The position numbers and the translations under genes are program-made. The notes beneath the pieces were generated by a model, which made no database searches, was not told where the DNA came from, and saw only the letters and a program-made list of their open reading frames with translations. A stretch of 63,986 bases of DNA, the filler included, from Basidiobolus ranarum (Eukaryota): NCBI GenBank assembly GCA_040143965.1. It is 6 parts of 6 records of this genome, joined end to end, with 100 filler letters (N's around TTAATTAATTAA, not from the genome) between each part and the next. Parts side by side here need not be neighbours in the genome. Positions count along the whole stretch, not along the records: positions 10,717 to 21,330 come from JASJQH010007563.1; positions 21,431 to 32,037 come from JASJQH010007564.1; 4 more parts are not named here. One strand, given 5' to 3'. The first letter of the stretch is position 1. Every line of letters begins with the position of its first letter. Positions 11,523 to 24,472 of this stretch are shown in pieces.

Positions 11523-14500
11523 GTTATCAGGCTTTTTTGCTTCTGATTAATTTTTCTTGATTAGATATAAATAAGATGCTGAAGGAAAAGGAGTAATCCA
11601 ATTAATTATTACAAGTAATAACACTAGCACACTTTTTGAGCTGTGTTTTTAGCCCAGCTGTTACAAATTCAAGCCAATATATAAGCAACATAGAAATGAG
11701 ATGCCCTGATTTTCTCACTATACTGTGTGATGAAAACATCTCCAAAAAATTGTCAGAAACTTTTGGTATGATGGATGTGTGCATTTAGGCTATACAGAGA
11801 CTGTGTCCCTGATATCAAGTTGAATCATGGAGTTAATATAAATATATTGTCCTTTTAAAAGTATATGCAAAAAAAGAAAAACAAAAGACCACCAATGTGT
11901 CCACTAACTTTGCTTCAGTTCTATTGTAAGTACAATATTCCAATTTTAAATAAAGTATTTATTTAAAAGATATGATCTTAGAGGTCAAGCCCTATACTTG
12001 TGACTAGCATTGCTCAATCATGAAAGTAAAGTCTACAAATTGCACAATTTATTACAGATATATGAGAATAACATGACTTGGTCATCTGTCTGGTAACTAC
12101 CTACAAGATAATAATGGCATCCATAACAATATTTTGGACTCAATAATTGGTGTTGTACAAAGAAACATGTGGCACTTGCCCATATAGCATATTTCAATTA
12201 CTTCATGCATCCAAGTGTAATTTAACTGGACTGTATCCTATTGAACCATCAAAAGCCATAGGAAGATACATATTATGACCATACTGCATAGTATTTGCTA
12301 TTTGTATCAGATATGTTTGATATTTTGAACCATATTAGTCCCTTCCAAGGAATCACTGAAATCAATTGATAGTCCACAGAGTTCTTGTCACTTGCCATAC
12401 TCATTCTAGATAGCTCTCTTGGAAGTGCATTGCATGTCATAAGTCTATTCCAAGGTTTATGCTAAAATTGCAAAGCCCTTACATAGAGTTGAGTATCAGT
12501 TGTATTTAGCAAATGAAGAACAAACATTAGGAGTGAAATATTAGCACTGCCTGTTTCACAAACTATTAAATAATTATCTGAGTTTTTTTAGAAAAAGAAG
12601 CACTTTGGAGTCATAAAAGACAATAATATGTACCAATGCTACAGTAAAAGAACACATCAAGTAGATTGCATACTGCTGAATGGTAGTCCCTTTTCTGAAA
12701 GATTATCATTCCATGTCATTTGGCCTTTTCTAGATTTGTCTGACACCTATCCAACCTTGGAAGAAAATGAGCTTCACGGTGGTGTTTACATTGTTTGAAT
12801 TGAAAACGGCTTGTATCATTGACCGGAGTGTGAACCTTGTTGTACTTTATTTGGAGACTGAATAGGAGCTTACAGTTACACATAAATGAATTGAAGCCAG
12901 ATTGAAGGTTTGACTGATTGAGAATTAACTTAAAACCTGCATTACATAATTCCACTGTCCCCAAGAACTTCTCAAACTTGTACACATTTAATAACTTCAT
13001 CAACCCACTCGAACATATGAAGCAGGAGTGATATGGGCCTAGCCTGTACATTAGTTAATATACATGTAGATATTATCAAGCAACAGTACGCTCGACATAA
13101 TGGATTTTCTAAATATTGACAAGAGTGGAGATGTGTTCCACGACAAGCATTAACATCGACAAACACTACAGCCACAGCTTTCTTTCTGATGTCCACCATG
13201 ACACCATTTATTAATTTCCTCATAGGCGGTTGGTGGATAAACAGCTACACTACATGTGCGGATGTTAATCCTTGTTCATAGTTAGTAGCATCCTTGGATT
13301 GTCGGTTGATTATTTGTGCACCTATTCGTGCATGTCGAAGTTAATACACCGAATATTCAGAATTTACAGCTATGAACGGAGCTGAGGTTTATTTTTTACT
13401 TCTATTGTGCACTACAACAAAACGTCATGTATTCTACATCTCTATAAGATTATTTTATAATATCTGTTGTTGGTAGCTCGTGATTGTCCAAAGATGCATA
13501 CTGAATATGTGTAACATATATGGGTCCATTTTTGAGCTTTTGATTACCACGTGTAGTGATATTCAAAGATGCCCAAGTGTTAGACAAACTAGTTATGAAT
13601 CTGAAGTAAGCACTATTATTTAAACATCCTTATGAAGAACTTAGAACCGTTTGTGGATGCTCATCATGTGATGGCCTACACTCGTTCACAATACTGTATC
13701 ACCTGTATGATGCGCTGTGTCAATCTCATTCAAAATTGAGGTACGCATTGATATGCCAAGACAGAAATTGAATTGTAAGTAACGTTAATTATAGTCTGGT
13801 ACCCGTATACCACTCCCAGATGTTGCACAAATCAACGCCGTCAAACCGGTTGGATCTTAACTCGTTGATGCAACCCATACCAGTACCAATCCACACAAGT
13901 GAACCAGCCAACAAGTTGTGTGCGACGTGTGAATAATTTCCCAACAAATTGTTCTTCGGTAAAAGTACTAAAGGCGGTCTCGGGCATCATAAATAACCGA
14001 AGGAGAAGTTCACAACCACATTCCAAAGTGAATAACAATTCCCACCCGTTTACAAGAAACCCGGGTTAATCTACCGCTCCACAAATCAGCAATGATATGG
14101 AATACTCAATATGAATAGTTTCGATATTCCTCACATCCAGAACATAATCCACACTACAACCATATTCCTAGATTGCGATGTACGACTCTGGCTTTTTTCA
14201 TGGTGTTTGTCCAAGACCTTTTCGGCCATCCTTTCATTCAGCATTTCCAAATCAAGATACCAGAAAACCATTTAATCAAAGTGATCAGAAACACCACATT
14301 TGCAGCTCGCTTAGTATATACACATCTGTATGTCGCTCCCATGAAAAAGGTAAAGTCAACCTTAGTCTGACAAGAACTAATTCAAAAGATAAGGTCGTCA
14401 TTCTATACTATCGATACGCGAAGAACTGATTGCCCTACTCATTTAAACTACGTAATAAATCCCTCTGTATTCTAAACGTGAGAATTCCTGAAGCCGGTCA

Positions 14501-14669
14501 CAAGAGATTTATGTGGTGAGTGGATCCCACGGTGTGTCTTAATAGCCAAAATAGGAAATAGTAGGCTAGTCTCTTCGGAAATCCTAGTAATTAAAGCCTC
14601 TAAATCTTAACAATTAAAGAGTGTCGTACATATGAAACCTGGTGGAGTTACATACCCATTCTTCAAAAC

Positions 14670-14676
14670 TATATAA
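14670..14676 (+). promoter_or_regulatory. TATA box of hexose transporter gene
   Basis: TATATAA about 90 nt upstream of the ATG at 14762. A SYGGRG (CreA/Mig1-type) GTGGAG lies at 14642-14647. Confidence 0.5.
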
Positions 14677-14761
14677 GCAACTCACTTGGTACTCATAAGT
14701 TCAGAGTTGAGGTACTTCTTTAGTCTTCTGATAAGAACATTTGTGTTAGTGAAAAATTCGA

Positions 14762-16249
14762 ATGCCTGTTACCAACATATACGCTATAGGCGCCTTTGCC
14801 GCTTTAGGTGGTATCCTCTTCGGTTTCGATGTAGGCTCCAACTCAGGTATTATTGGAATGGAGCAATACTTGGCTTACTTCGATCATCCTAGTTCCTCAC
14901 TTCAGGGAGGTATCAACGGATCTCTTTCTGCTGGGTGCTTCGTAGGAGCGCTGGCATCTGGTTACTTTGCTGAGAGGTTTGGTCGTCGTAACTCCATTGC
15001 CTTCTCTGCTCTCCTTTTTATTGTTGGTTCAGCAGTTACTTGCGCTGCCCAAGATGTTCCCATGTTAATTGTTGGTCGTATTTTCAATGGTTTGTGTGTC
15101 GGTCTCACATCTATGCTTGTACCTTTATATCAAGCCGAAATAGCTCCCAAGGAGATTCGTGGTCGTCTTGTGTCCGTTCAGCAATGGGCCATCACCTGGG
15201 GTATTTTCATCTCCTTCTGGATCCAGTTTGGTACATCGCATATGGAAGGAAACATTGCTTGGCGACTACCTTACGGTATTCAAGCCATTCCAGCTGTCAT
15301 TCTCTTCTTCGGTATGTTCTTTTTCCCTCGTTCTCCACGTTGGTTGGCCAATAAGGGACGCACAGAGGAGGCTCTTCAAACACTTGCCTTACTCCACTCA
15401 AAGGGAGACATCAATCATCCTTATGTACAAGCTGAGTTCGAGGCTATCAATGAAGCAATTCGTTATGATCGTGAAGTGGCTGGTACTACTGAGTGGAGGG
15501 ATTTATTCCGTGGTACCATTGGTCATCGTGTATTCCTTGGTGTATCTTTACAAATGTGGCAACAGTTGACTGGTATGAATATTATCATGTTCTATGTTGT
15601 CTACCTTGCTCAGCAGGCTGGTATCAAGGGACAATCAGCAAGTTTACTTGCTTCTGGAATTTCCTATATTGTCAACGTGATTTTCACCATTCCAGCCATT
15701 CTTTTCGTAGATAAATGGGGACGTCGTCCAACACTAATAGTCGGCTCAGCTTTCATGACAGTGTGCATGGTTGTAGTGGGAAGTATATTAGCTGGAGTGG
15801 GAGATGTCGTTCCAAAGAATATAGATACTCCCGGAGATGGCCTGAAAACCATTGACATGCACGAGAACACCAGTGCCACTTACGGTATTATCGCCATGGT
15901 ATATATCTTTGTTGCATGCTTTGCCACCACATGGGGACCTACTGGTTGGATCTATCCAGCCGAAATTTTCCCCCAACGTGTTCGTGCCAAGGCGAATTCA
16001 CTCTCTACTGCCTCCAACTGGCTATTTAACTATCTTTTATCTCAACTAGTTCCTATTGCTATGGAACACATCACCTATGGATTGTACTTTCTCTTTGCCG
16101 CCTTCAATCTTCTTATGACTATCCATGTCTGGTGGCAGTTCCCAGAAACTAAGGGAAAGACATTGGAGGATATGGAGGTGATTTTCGCAAAAGGAGCAAA
16201 TCCTAGAAAAGCATCTGAGAAACTTCACGAAGAGAAGAGAGCGCAATAA
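14762..16249 (+). CDS. MFS sugar porter (high-affinity glucose/hexose transporter-like), intronless, 495 aa
   Basis: Motifs GGILFGFDVG, ERFGRR, PLYQAEIAPKEIRG, PRSPRWL, QQLTGMN, DKWGRR, WGPTGWIYPAEIFP and PETKGKTLE. Confidence 0.96.
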   Translation: MPVTNIYAIGAFAALGGILFGFDVGSNSGIIGMEQYLAYFDHPSSSLQGGINGSLSAGCFVGALASGYFAERFGRRNSIAFSALLFIVGSAVTCAAQDVPMLIVGRIFNGLCVGLTSMLVPLYQAEIAPKEIRGRLVSVQQWAITWGIFISFWIQFGTSHMEGNIAWRLPYGIQAIPAVILFFGMFFFPRSPRWLANKGRTEEALQTLALLHSKGDINHPYVQAEFEAINEAIRYDREVAGTTEWRDLFRGTIGHRVFLGVSLQMWQQLTGMNIIMFYVVYLAQQAGIKGQSASLLASGISYIVNVIFTIPAILFVDKWGRRPTLIVGSAFMTVCMVVVGSILAGVGDVVPKNIDTPGDGLKTIDMHENTSATYGIIAMVYIFVACFATTWGPTGWIYPAEIFPQRVRAKANSLSTASNWLFNYLLSQLVPIAMEHITYGLYFLFAAFNLLMTIHVWWQFPETKGKTLEDMEVIFAKGANPRKASEKLHEEKRAQ

Positions 16250-19200
16250 TATGACACGAGATCGATCTGCAAATAACCATTCTAACTACAATTTCAATTC
16301 ATGAACAAAAGGGGGGAAAGACAAAGTCTATATTTCTGATCTGATGAATTTCCATTGAATTTTAGAATAGTCCAAATAATTTTCCTGTACATTTGGATAT
16401 ATTCCCTTAAGATTTTCAATACTATTTTATTAATCCACAGTAATGACTCATCATTCAATATAATAAATCCTTTGGAATTTAAATATGTATTCAAGTCGAA
16501 AGTAATTGAACGCAAAAATATTCGGATCATATTGAGATTCTATTGCTAATATTTTACATTAGTTAACACATACGAGTTAAAATGTTACGTAGATCCCTAA
16601 TTAAAATTGGCCTAGAATGGATATTTCTCGGCGTGCTTGATAAACCCAAGTACAACTCTACCCATATTTGGGATATGCAATGAAGTCATAATGGTACAAT
16701 ATTTTATTGGCGGATATTCTATGAAACGTGGTACAGAGTGAGACGGATTTAGTAAGACATTTGTGGAGAATAAAGTATCAATAACCATGTGACCAAGTGA
16801 AAGAGACACGTACCCAATGAACACCAATAAAAACATACAATAGGGAGGAATAGATATACATGTGCCATCCAGCCATTACTGTATTACCATCCCAGAGGAT
16901 CCAGAGAAATCTTTTAGTAATGGGTTTTCATCACATCGTATTGATATCCTATCCATCAAAAGTATTCAAACCCCCCTCCCCAACTCATTTTACTAGCAAT
17001 TTTTTGGACATTAATTATATTCTATACATATGGTCACTTATTGAATGGATTTTTCTTAATTGCTTAAATAATAATACCATTGCTTAAAGACCATCGGTAT
17101 TTATATAGCCCCGAGCATTTCTAGTTGGGAGTTATCCAGTGTGACTGGATGCGAATGTAGACCTACGATAGCCCTGTCTTGAAATAGTGGGTCCCACTAA
17201 AAATTCTAGCCAGAGCACTCAGATATTTTTTACCATTCAAAGTGAAGAGAAATTGCCACCCCAAAATTCTATCGAGCCGTTACTTCTAGTATGGTTCCAC
17301 GGACCATACAGTGCGTTCTGTTTAAGCCGAGTTAAATTTAGATTGAATTTGACTTTGCTCCACCCATTATGAGAGATTTATTGTTGACCAATAATTACTT
17401 GAAATGGTGATCAAATTACTTAGTGCGGTAAATTTAACATAGATCAGACTTACTCCATCTTTGAGGGTCCAAATAAGGGAATATAGTCTTGTTCGTGATT
17501 GTATTAGCAATGATTAGGTCAACCTCAAATCATACATACCTTGGATCCCCAACCAAGACTTGGTTTTGATTCGAATGAACTCTAACTCAACCAAGAGGGT
17601 TCAAATGAAACCAATGAAAACTTCGAGGTTGACGAATTAAAACCTCTTACATCAGGCATTTTTTTCTGCATCTCATGGCAAAGTCATTATGGTCCTACTT
17701 CAGAGTAGACATTTAGTCATGGTTTATTTGAGTAAGTATATTGCCAATATACTGATCGTATTTAATAAATGCCGTTTTCTGGAAGAAATACGTTTTTATA
17801 GAATAATATGTAACTTACGTCGCTTGCTTACATACTTTTACAGTCGCTGGTGTAATATTCACCATAGTTAAATAAGAGTAATGATGTGTATTATGAAACC
17901 GGGTTAATCATTCACTCTACTACCAATATAGAATCTCAAAGAGTCAGGTAATCCGAATTACATGTTAGAAAGTAGAGTATTAACATGGTTGTAGGCAGAG
18001 TCATCTGGAATATAGAAAACCAATTAATGATGTAGTATAGGGTTATAGAAGCACGTGCCAACTTCAAGGTTAAGTTTGGTGTCATCAATACATGTTTAAC
18101 ATTGATAGAATCTTAATAATTTATGACGCCTTCTATTTTGTATCCATAAGCTATAGAAAGATAGCTAGCAATAAAATTGATTCTTTTCTCACTATATCTA
18201 TTTGATACAGTCCATTTTTGCTGTCACTATATCTCCTACTTCCCCAAAGTATCTTGACTATATAAACTACACGGTTAGCTTTCTTCTACATGACCCTATC
18301 AAACTCTACAACTCTCAGTTGTGTACTAGCCAAATTATGCAGCCTTAATAAAGATTTCAATCCAGCATTATTTGGTTGGAAACCAGGGCCAAGGACAAAT
18401 ATTTGTAAGTAAACAATTAGTCTTAACAAGAACTGAATTTTCAAAATGAATGGAAAATATTTCAGCAAGGAAAACTAAGGAAATTCGCACATATCAAGTA
18501 GCCTAGTCTACAATAAGCAGAAGCTTGTACTACAATACAACGTTGTACTTGGATCATAACATTTCACCAACCAAAATCAAATCTTTTTTGCCACTCTCAA
18601 TGATAAACAGCATTTTTTAATCAATTTTATACTTCTCTCTGTTTAAAAGCGGATGCGTTTATTATAGTATTCATCCTACCTAATATACACAGGTGTTCAT
18701 ATTACCCAAGTTTCCTCTGATTGTCCGGATTTTGCAACGATACTTTTGGGCATATAAAACAACAGACAGTCATTATTACAAGCGCTATAGACTAGAACTC
18801 ATAATTAATTCACTTTTTTCGAAGGCTTTTTTTCATACGAATATCTTTCCACTAACTCAGTGTATTAACTGGATATTTGTCGCAGTGTCTGAACCATGTC
18901 CAAAGAGCAATCGGTCATGTTATGAAGATGATTGCACTACTAATGGTGATATTCTATATATTTATATTCATTAGAGCTAGTGAATCAGTTAAAAGCCCAA
19001 CCTGCTTCTACACAGAATTTGTATAATATTGGCTGTAGTTCTAAATCCCAAGTTATCGAAGATCCAATTCACCATCATTATAGCTATGACTGTTGCCCTT
19101 ACATACCACATAAGAATTCTTCTTACTCACACCAATCTAATTTCCATAATAAACACATATTTTGTAAGATCTCCTTATATGTCCAATCTAAATATGTTAA

Positions 19201-20994
19201 GCAATATCTATTGACCGTGATTGTAACTACCTGCATATAAAAGAATACTGCTTTTCAGCAATTAATATGCTGAAAGTGAACCGTGAAGTATTAATCTACA
19301 CTAATAGTATCATCAATAAGATATGTAGGTTAGAAATATGTCCTGTTCAAAAATCGAAAATTGAAGGAGTAATAACAAATATATGCATCAAATTGAGCTT
19401 GATCCAAAGTAATCTTTATGACATATTAGTGAATTTTAAATGCTAGACTCTTATTGTCAAGTTCCATTCAAAAATCTAGGAATTGCCTCAGTGCATGCTA
19501 TCAGCCAGTATAAAATGAAAAATATTTCATTGAACAAGAAAATGAATGTGCCTCATTCACATTTTATTTCCGATCAAATATAATCTTCTGCCAACAATTA
19601 GTAAAAAAGCCATTACTTCAGGAATCACTTTGAATACATTAATTGCCAAACGGGAATATTTCCTTTATCCATATAAAGCTGTAAGAGTAGTCAATATGGA
19701 AAGTTTAGCATATTGAACTTTGGACATTTTGGTCGAATCCTAATATATTGCATTTTCAATAATTTGGTATAAGCCAATCCAACATTGATTAATGGTGAGA
19801 GATTTGGTAGGTGCTAGAACACAAGATTTATTCGAAATATGCATTCACAATGGCTAAAAGTATCTTGAAATATTTGTCCATATAAACCATAGAGCTCGGA
19901 AATAAAGCCAGTTATGTAGAATTTAAGTGCAAAAGGCATCTGCGTTACTCATTGTAATGAATAGAAATGGGTATTATACCGAGGAGAGTAGTGGAATCAC
20001 CTGTATAATACGACAGACTGTTATTTGGGCTCTGCTTAGGCAACATGACAAATGGCAAGTTGATACATGGAGTGAATACAGAGACATTTTCATTGGAAAT
20101 ATGAATGCAGAAGAAGTGAATCAGTTATGAGCGCTAGTGTATATACCCATTGAACCATTCCAGATATTCCGCACTGTGTCCGACCAGTTCACACAGATAT
20201 AATTATGTAGTAGACGTAGGGCAGCATTCAACCTTAATCGTCCATTATTAGCAACCATTGACATAAGGTCAGCTCGGTGGAGCCGATCCTCTTTGCGGCC
20301 ATTTTAATTACCTCATTGCAGGTACCGAATTGTAGGAATTCCCCTTCAATCACATCCAACAATGAGACCTTTTATGTAGTTTGACATCAACATCACTATT
20401 TCTCTAAACCTCAAGGGAGAATATCAAGCGTACCAGCTTGAATTTCAATCAACAAATGAATCCTCGATATTTTCCAAGCAGGTGAAATAATTCATTAAAG
20501 CTATAAAGGGAGATATGGTATTGATTTTCTGATGCTTATACTCCCAGTTAGTTTAACACATCCAATCTGTTTCTTCATAAGCAAACGAACCAAGTATACC
20601 GAGTTAAATATCGTAATCATCCCAATAATGATGGCCATTGGTATATAGGATATTTAAATTAGATATATTGTACTGAGCAGAAATAAAGTTCACTCTGTTT
20701 TCTGGATATGTATAGTTCCAACCCCCCATTGCTAAATGAAATATATGCAGAGTTAACATCCGCTGGCTTGAATTCAATCAATAGTTTGCTATTTTAGTTC
20801 ATGCTGTTCCACAAAGAAATCATCGCCATCTCTTTAGAAATCTTACAAAAGACATATCAAGTGATATAAATACTCATGGCATTAATTGGCATACAAGCTA
20901 GTGATGTTTTAATAAGATTCATTTACGAAAATAGATCATTAACGATTCAATAAGATTAGTTGAATTTGCGTAGAATATAACTTGTTTAATCTAT

Positions 20995-21330
20995 CTAGAG
21001 TGAGACGTATAAGATGACTTTGGGAAGGCACACCAAGGCACGGACTTTCAACAGGCCAAGAACATCGGCTTTGGCATTAATAGAATCCCTGATCACATTA
21101 CAATTGTTGCTGACTTCTCCGGTTTGTCTCTCAATTTCGGCTGGAACGGGCTGGTTGCCATCCAAGCATATGATTGCATCGACAGTGGCTATCTCGGCAA
21201 CATTGATACGAGCGACTGCATCCTTGCAGACTCCCTTGACAGCTGGATTCGCCACACCACCAGCGTTTTGAGTTAGCCCGCCGAGCACGGAACCGAGGTC
21301 AATAGGCACTGGAGCGGCAAACACAGTGCT
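20995..21330 (-). CDS. Small secreted protein with 4 Cys and two internal repeats, N-terminus lost in gap
   Basis: STVFA|APVP resembles a signal cleavage site. Repeats CKDAVARINVAEIATVDAIICL and CNVIRDSINAKADVLGLLKVRALVCL. Coding-like, GC-richer composition than flanks. Confidence 0.75.
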   Translation of the reverse strand, partial: STVFAAPVPIDLGSVLGGLTQNAGGVANPAVKGVCKDAVARINVAEIATVDAIICLDGNQPVPAEIERQTGEVSNNCNVIRDSINAKADVLGLLKVRALVCLPKVILYVSL

Positions 21331-21430
21331 NNNNNNNNNNNNNNNNNNNNNNNNNNNNNNNNNNNNNNNNNNNNTTAATTAATTAANNNNNNNNNNNNNN
21401 NNNNNNNNNNNNNNNNNNNNNNNNNNNNNN
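21331..21430. other. Artificial contig spacer
   Basis: 44N + TTAATTAATTAA + 44N. Confidence 0.98.
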
Positions 21431-21585
21431 ATGTCAGTGAGATCAGCTATGCACTCCCCAACAAGCACTACTTCAGTGTCAACCTCAAACCCTTCAACCT
21501 CTCCAATGAAGGTAAAGATATGAACATCTTCCAACCTGTCAGTGACCCATCTGGCTATATCACTGCTACCATCGCTCGTCGTTAA
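21431..21585 (+). CDS. UOX: Uricase (urate oxidase), C-terminal fragment
   Basis: From 21433: VSEISYALPNKHYFSVNLKPFNLSNEGKDMNIFQPVSDPSGYITATIARR*. LPNKHY and P..DP.G.I are uricase C-terminal signatures. Confidence 0.9.
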
Positions 21586-22305
21586 CCAATTTCTTTGTTT
21601 GAGTCATATTTCTATCAACATATTTCTCCACTCATTTTCATTAAATAAATAAAGCAGTTATTGGTTCTTACCCTTGGTAGTAATCTTGAGTATAAATTTA
21701 CTAACCGTTATATGGGCTTCCATTCTTGATAAAAATAACTCCTAATGTTTGGGATTGCTATTTATGTTACAATCGTTGGCACCGATTATACTTTCCCACA
21801 TGAGCAGTGAGCTACTGTTTGTATTTGTTAGGATGAAGTAGAAGTTCATTAGAATTTGTACCAATGCAAGCTGAACATGGTTCCCGTTATACTTATATGA
21901 AGTTATATATATAAAAGTGATTTACTTGTGGAAAGATTACGAAGTTGTGTTGTGAATAACCTATCTGTGAACGTTTTTTTTGTCCAATGAAGCCAAGTAG
22001 GAACGGTGTACACTAACCAGATAAGAACTATCGGTGAAGAACATTGTTTAATTCTGAAGAAATAGATCAGAACTCCAAATAGAATAGAGTAAAATTGTGA
22101 AACGAAATAGCGCTACCCAAAGTAATCAGCACCAGAAAATGCATCACGAAAATTGCTTACATTAACTGGTACAATATAAGTAGGTCTACGAATATTGAGT
22201 GAAAAGAGAAGAACAATTCAAACGAAAACATTGAATTGTGGATTTACAGGTTTGTAGTAAAGAAGACAAGACTGAGTGAAAATTTATAGAACCGAATAAC
22301 AAAAA

Positions 22306-23266
22306 TTAGCAACAGCCACCACCGGACTGAGCAGGAACTGAACTACCCTGACTGATCTTAATATTCTGCTTGTTGGATGGGGCAACGGTATTAGTGCCCA
22401 TACGATCCTTGATTTGCTTGGCCATAGTCAAGAAAGCCTGTTCAACATTAGTGGAATCCTTAGCAGAAGTTTCCAAAAATGGAATGCTGAGTTGATCGGA
22501 GAATTCCTATAGAAAGGAAGTTTGTTTAACTAAACTACAATCTCTGTCAACTCATAACAATCAATTTACCTTAGCACTCTCATATTCGACAACTTTCTTA
22601 GAAGTCAAATCACTTTTGTTACCAACCAAGAGTTTGTTGACGCCCTCAGAAGCATAACGATCAATTTCTTGTAACCATTGCTTTACGTTTGAGAATGTAT
22701 CTTGATCTGTTACGTCATACACAACGATGATACCATGAGCCCCTCGGTAGTAGGAAGAGGTGATAGTACGGAAACGCTCTTGGCCGGCAGTATCCCAAAT
22801 TTGAAGCTTGATGGTCTTGCCCTCAAGTTCGATAGTACGAATTTTCTGTAGATTTCAGAAGACATTAGTTATTGAAAAAGGACAGAAAATGAGGGACAAG
22901 ATGAACTTACAAAGTCAACACCGATGGTACTGATGTAGCTCTCAGTGTATGTATCATCAGCGAATCGAAGGAGTAAACAAGACTTTCCAACGCCAGAATC
23001 ACCAATAAGCAAAAGTTTGAAAAGGTAATCGCTATTGAAAGAAAGTAATAAAAAGAAAGATGAATGTCAATCCATTGAATAAACAACCAACTCAAGAGGC
23101 ACACATAGATATGCCATTTTGTGAAAATATATATCTGAAGTAAAATGAAATCCAACAGATGAGCAATACTAAGTGAATGCTTGGCGAAACTGGTATGATG
23201 AAGGGGGGAAATATTTGACTGTAGAAGAGGTAGTATAGGGGGGAATACTTACTATTCAGGATTCAT
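22306..23266 (-). CDS. YPT1: Rab1/Ypt1 small GTPase
   Basis: [22 protein letters not shown]...[35 protein letters not shown]...GNKSD...ETSAK...SGGGCC*. Three GT-AG introns. Confidence 0.97.
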
Positions 23267-24472
23267 GTTCAACGAGAGAATAGATGGAGTTGGAAAGAGA
23301 AAAGGAATGCAGAGCCAAGAAATGGATGAACAAGCGAAAATAGAATGCTTGGTGATTAAGCAATCAGTGATGCAAGAATATGAAGATAATTTTTGAATTA
23401 CAGAAATTACTAGTGAGATGAGTGCTTAATCACATGTGGGTATGGTTCACTCACTCCCTGGGCAAATATGTTTAAAGTGGAAGCCACAATATGAATATAC
23501 ATCAATGGCATTAAAAGGACGACATGTAATTTATCGAACAATTATATCATTACGACTAAAGAGGTCACAAGATAGACACTTTGTGGGCTTAATTGATTGG
23601 TCAATAATTGGGTAGCTTTTATTCCCCGATCTATCTGTCAAATTCGATGATTGAAGTTTCCGTAATCGATGTTCATAGGATATAGAAGCAACGTTTGGAA
23701 AATCCTCATCGGAACAGCCCACCACGGAACCGCTCGCCATCATCCGCGGAAATCCGGCAACTGCCTTGCCTTGATTTTGTCTAAAAATCCCTCCCCAGCA
23801 ACACAAATAACCCCAATCATCGCTTTTCACGTGATGCGGCGGAGAGTAAGCAATGTCGCGAATATCAAATAAACAAAAAATAGTGTTGATATGTCTTGTT
23901 GCTAATTGGCTGCAACGATGTTTATCGCAGAATTTGAGCACAGATTCATTCAAAAGAAGATCTTTGCTAGAAAGCACCAGGGCCGATGCTCAGATCCTAA
24001 TTGAAGTATCAAAATGATAAACAAAGGCGCAATCATTAAATTGCAAAATGTTTTTTTCTCGCGCATTTAGTAAGCACAAGGGGAAAGCAATTATCAAAAA
24101 ATAGCAGTAATAAAAAAAACTAAGATTTACTTAGTGGATTTGTGTGTCGTAAAGCATTGTATTTTTTTCTGATATACTTTGCCAAACAACTCCATTTTTG
24201 TTTCTTTATTATCAAACTTTACCCTCCCTTTAATCTACTCAACTAAGTCGGGTGTGTATTATTATTACTATTTTCAAAGTACATTTTGGAAGCAACAAGT
24301 CTATACGCTTTGCTCTCTTCTTGATTTTCAGGATCAAGCAACACTGATTTGTTACTGTGGATTGTTGTTGTCATAGTTTACCTTTTTCAGCCTTACCATC
24401 ATAATAATAGGATTTTATACGGCTTCTAACGCATTCTTTTTACTTACACAGGACGTGAACGGATAATTCAAT

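Noticed and set aside
20265-20300. tRNA A-box-like AGCTCGGTGG
   Set aside because: No B-box or cloverleaf
23032-23252. Long first intron of YPT1 as a snoRNA host
   Set aside because: No C/D box pair or convincing H/ACA two-hairpin layout
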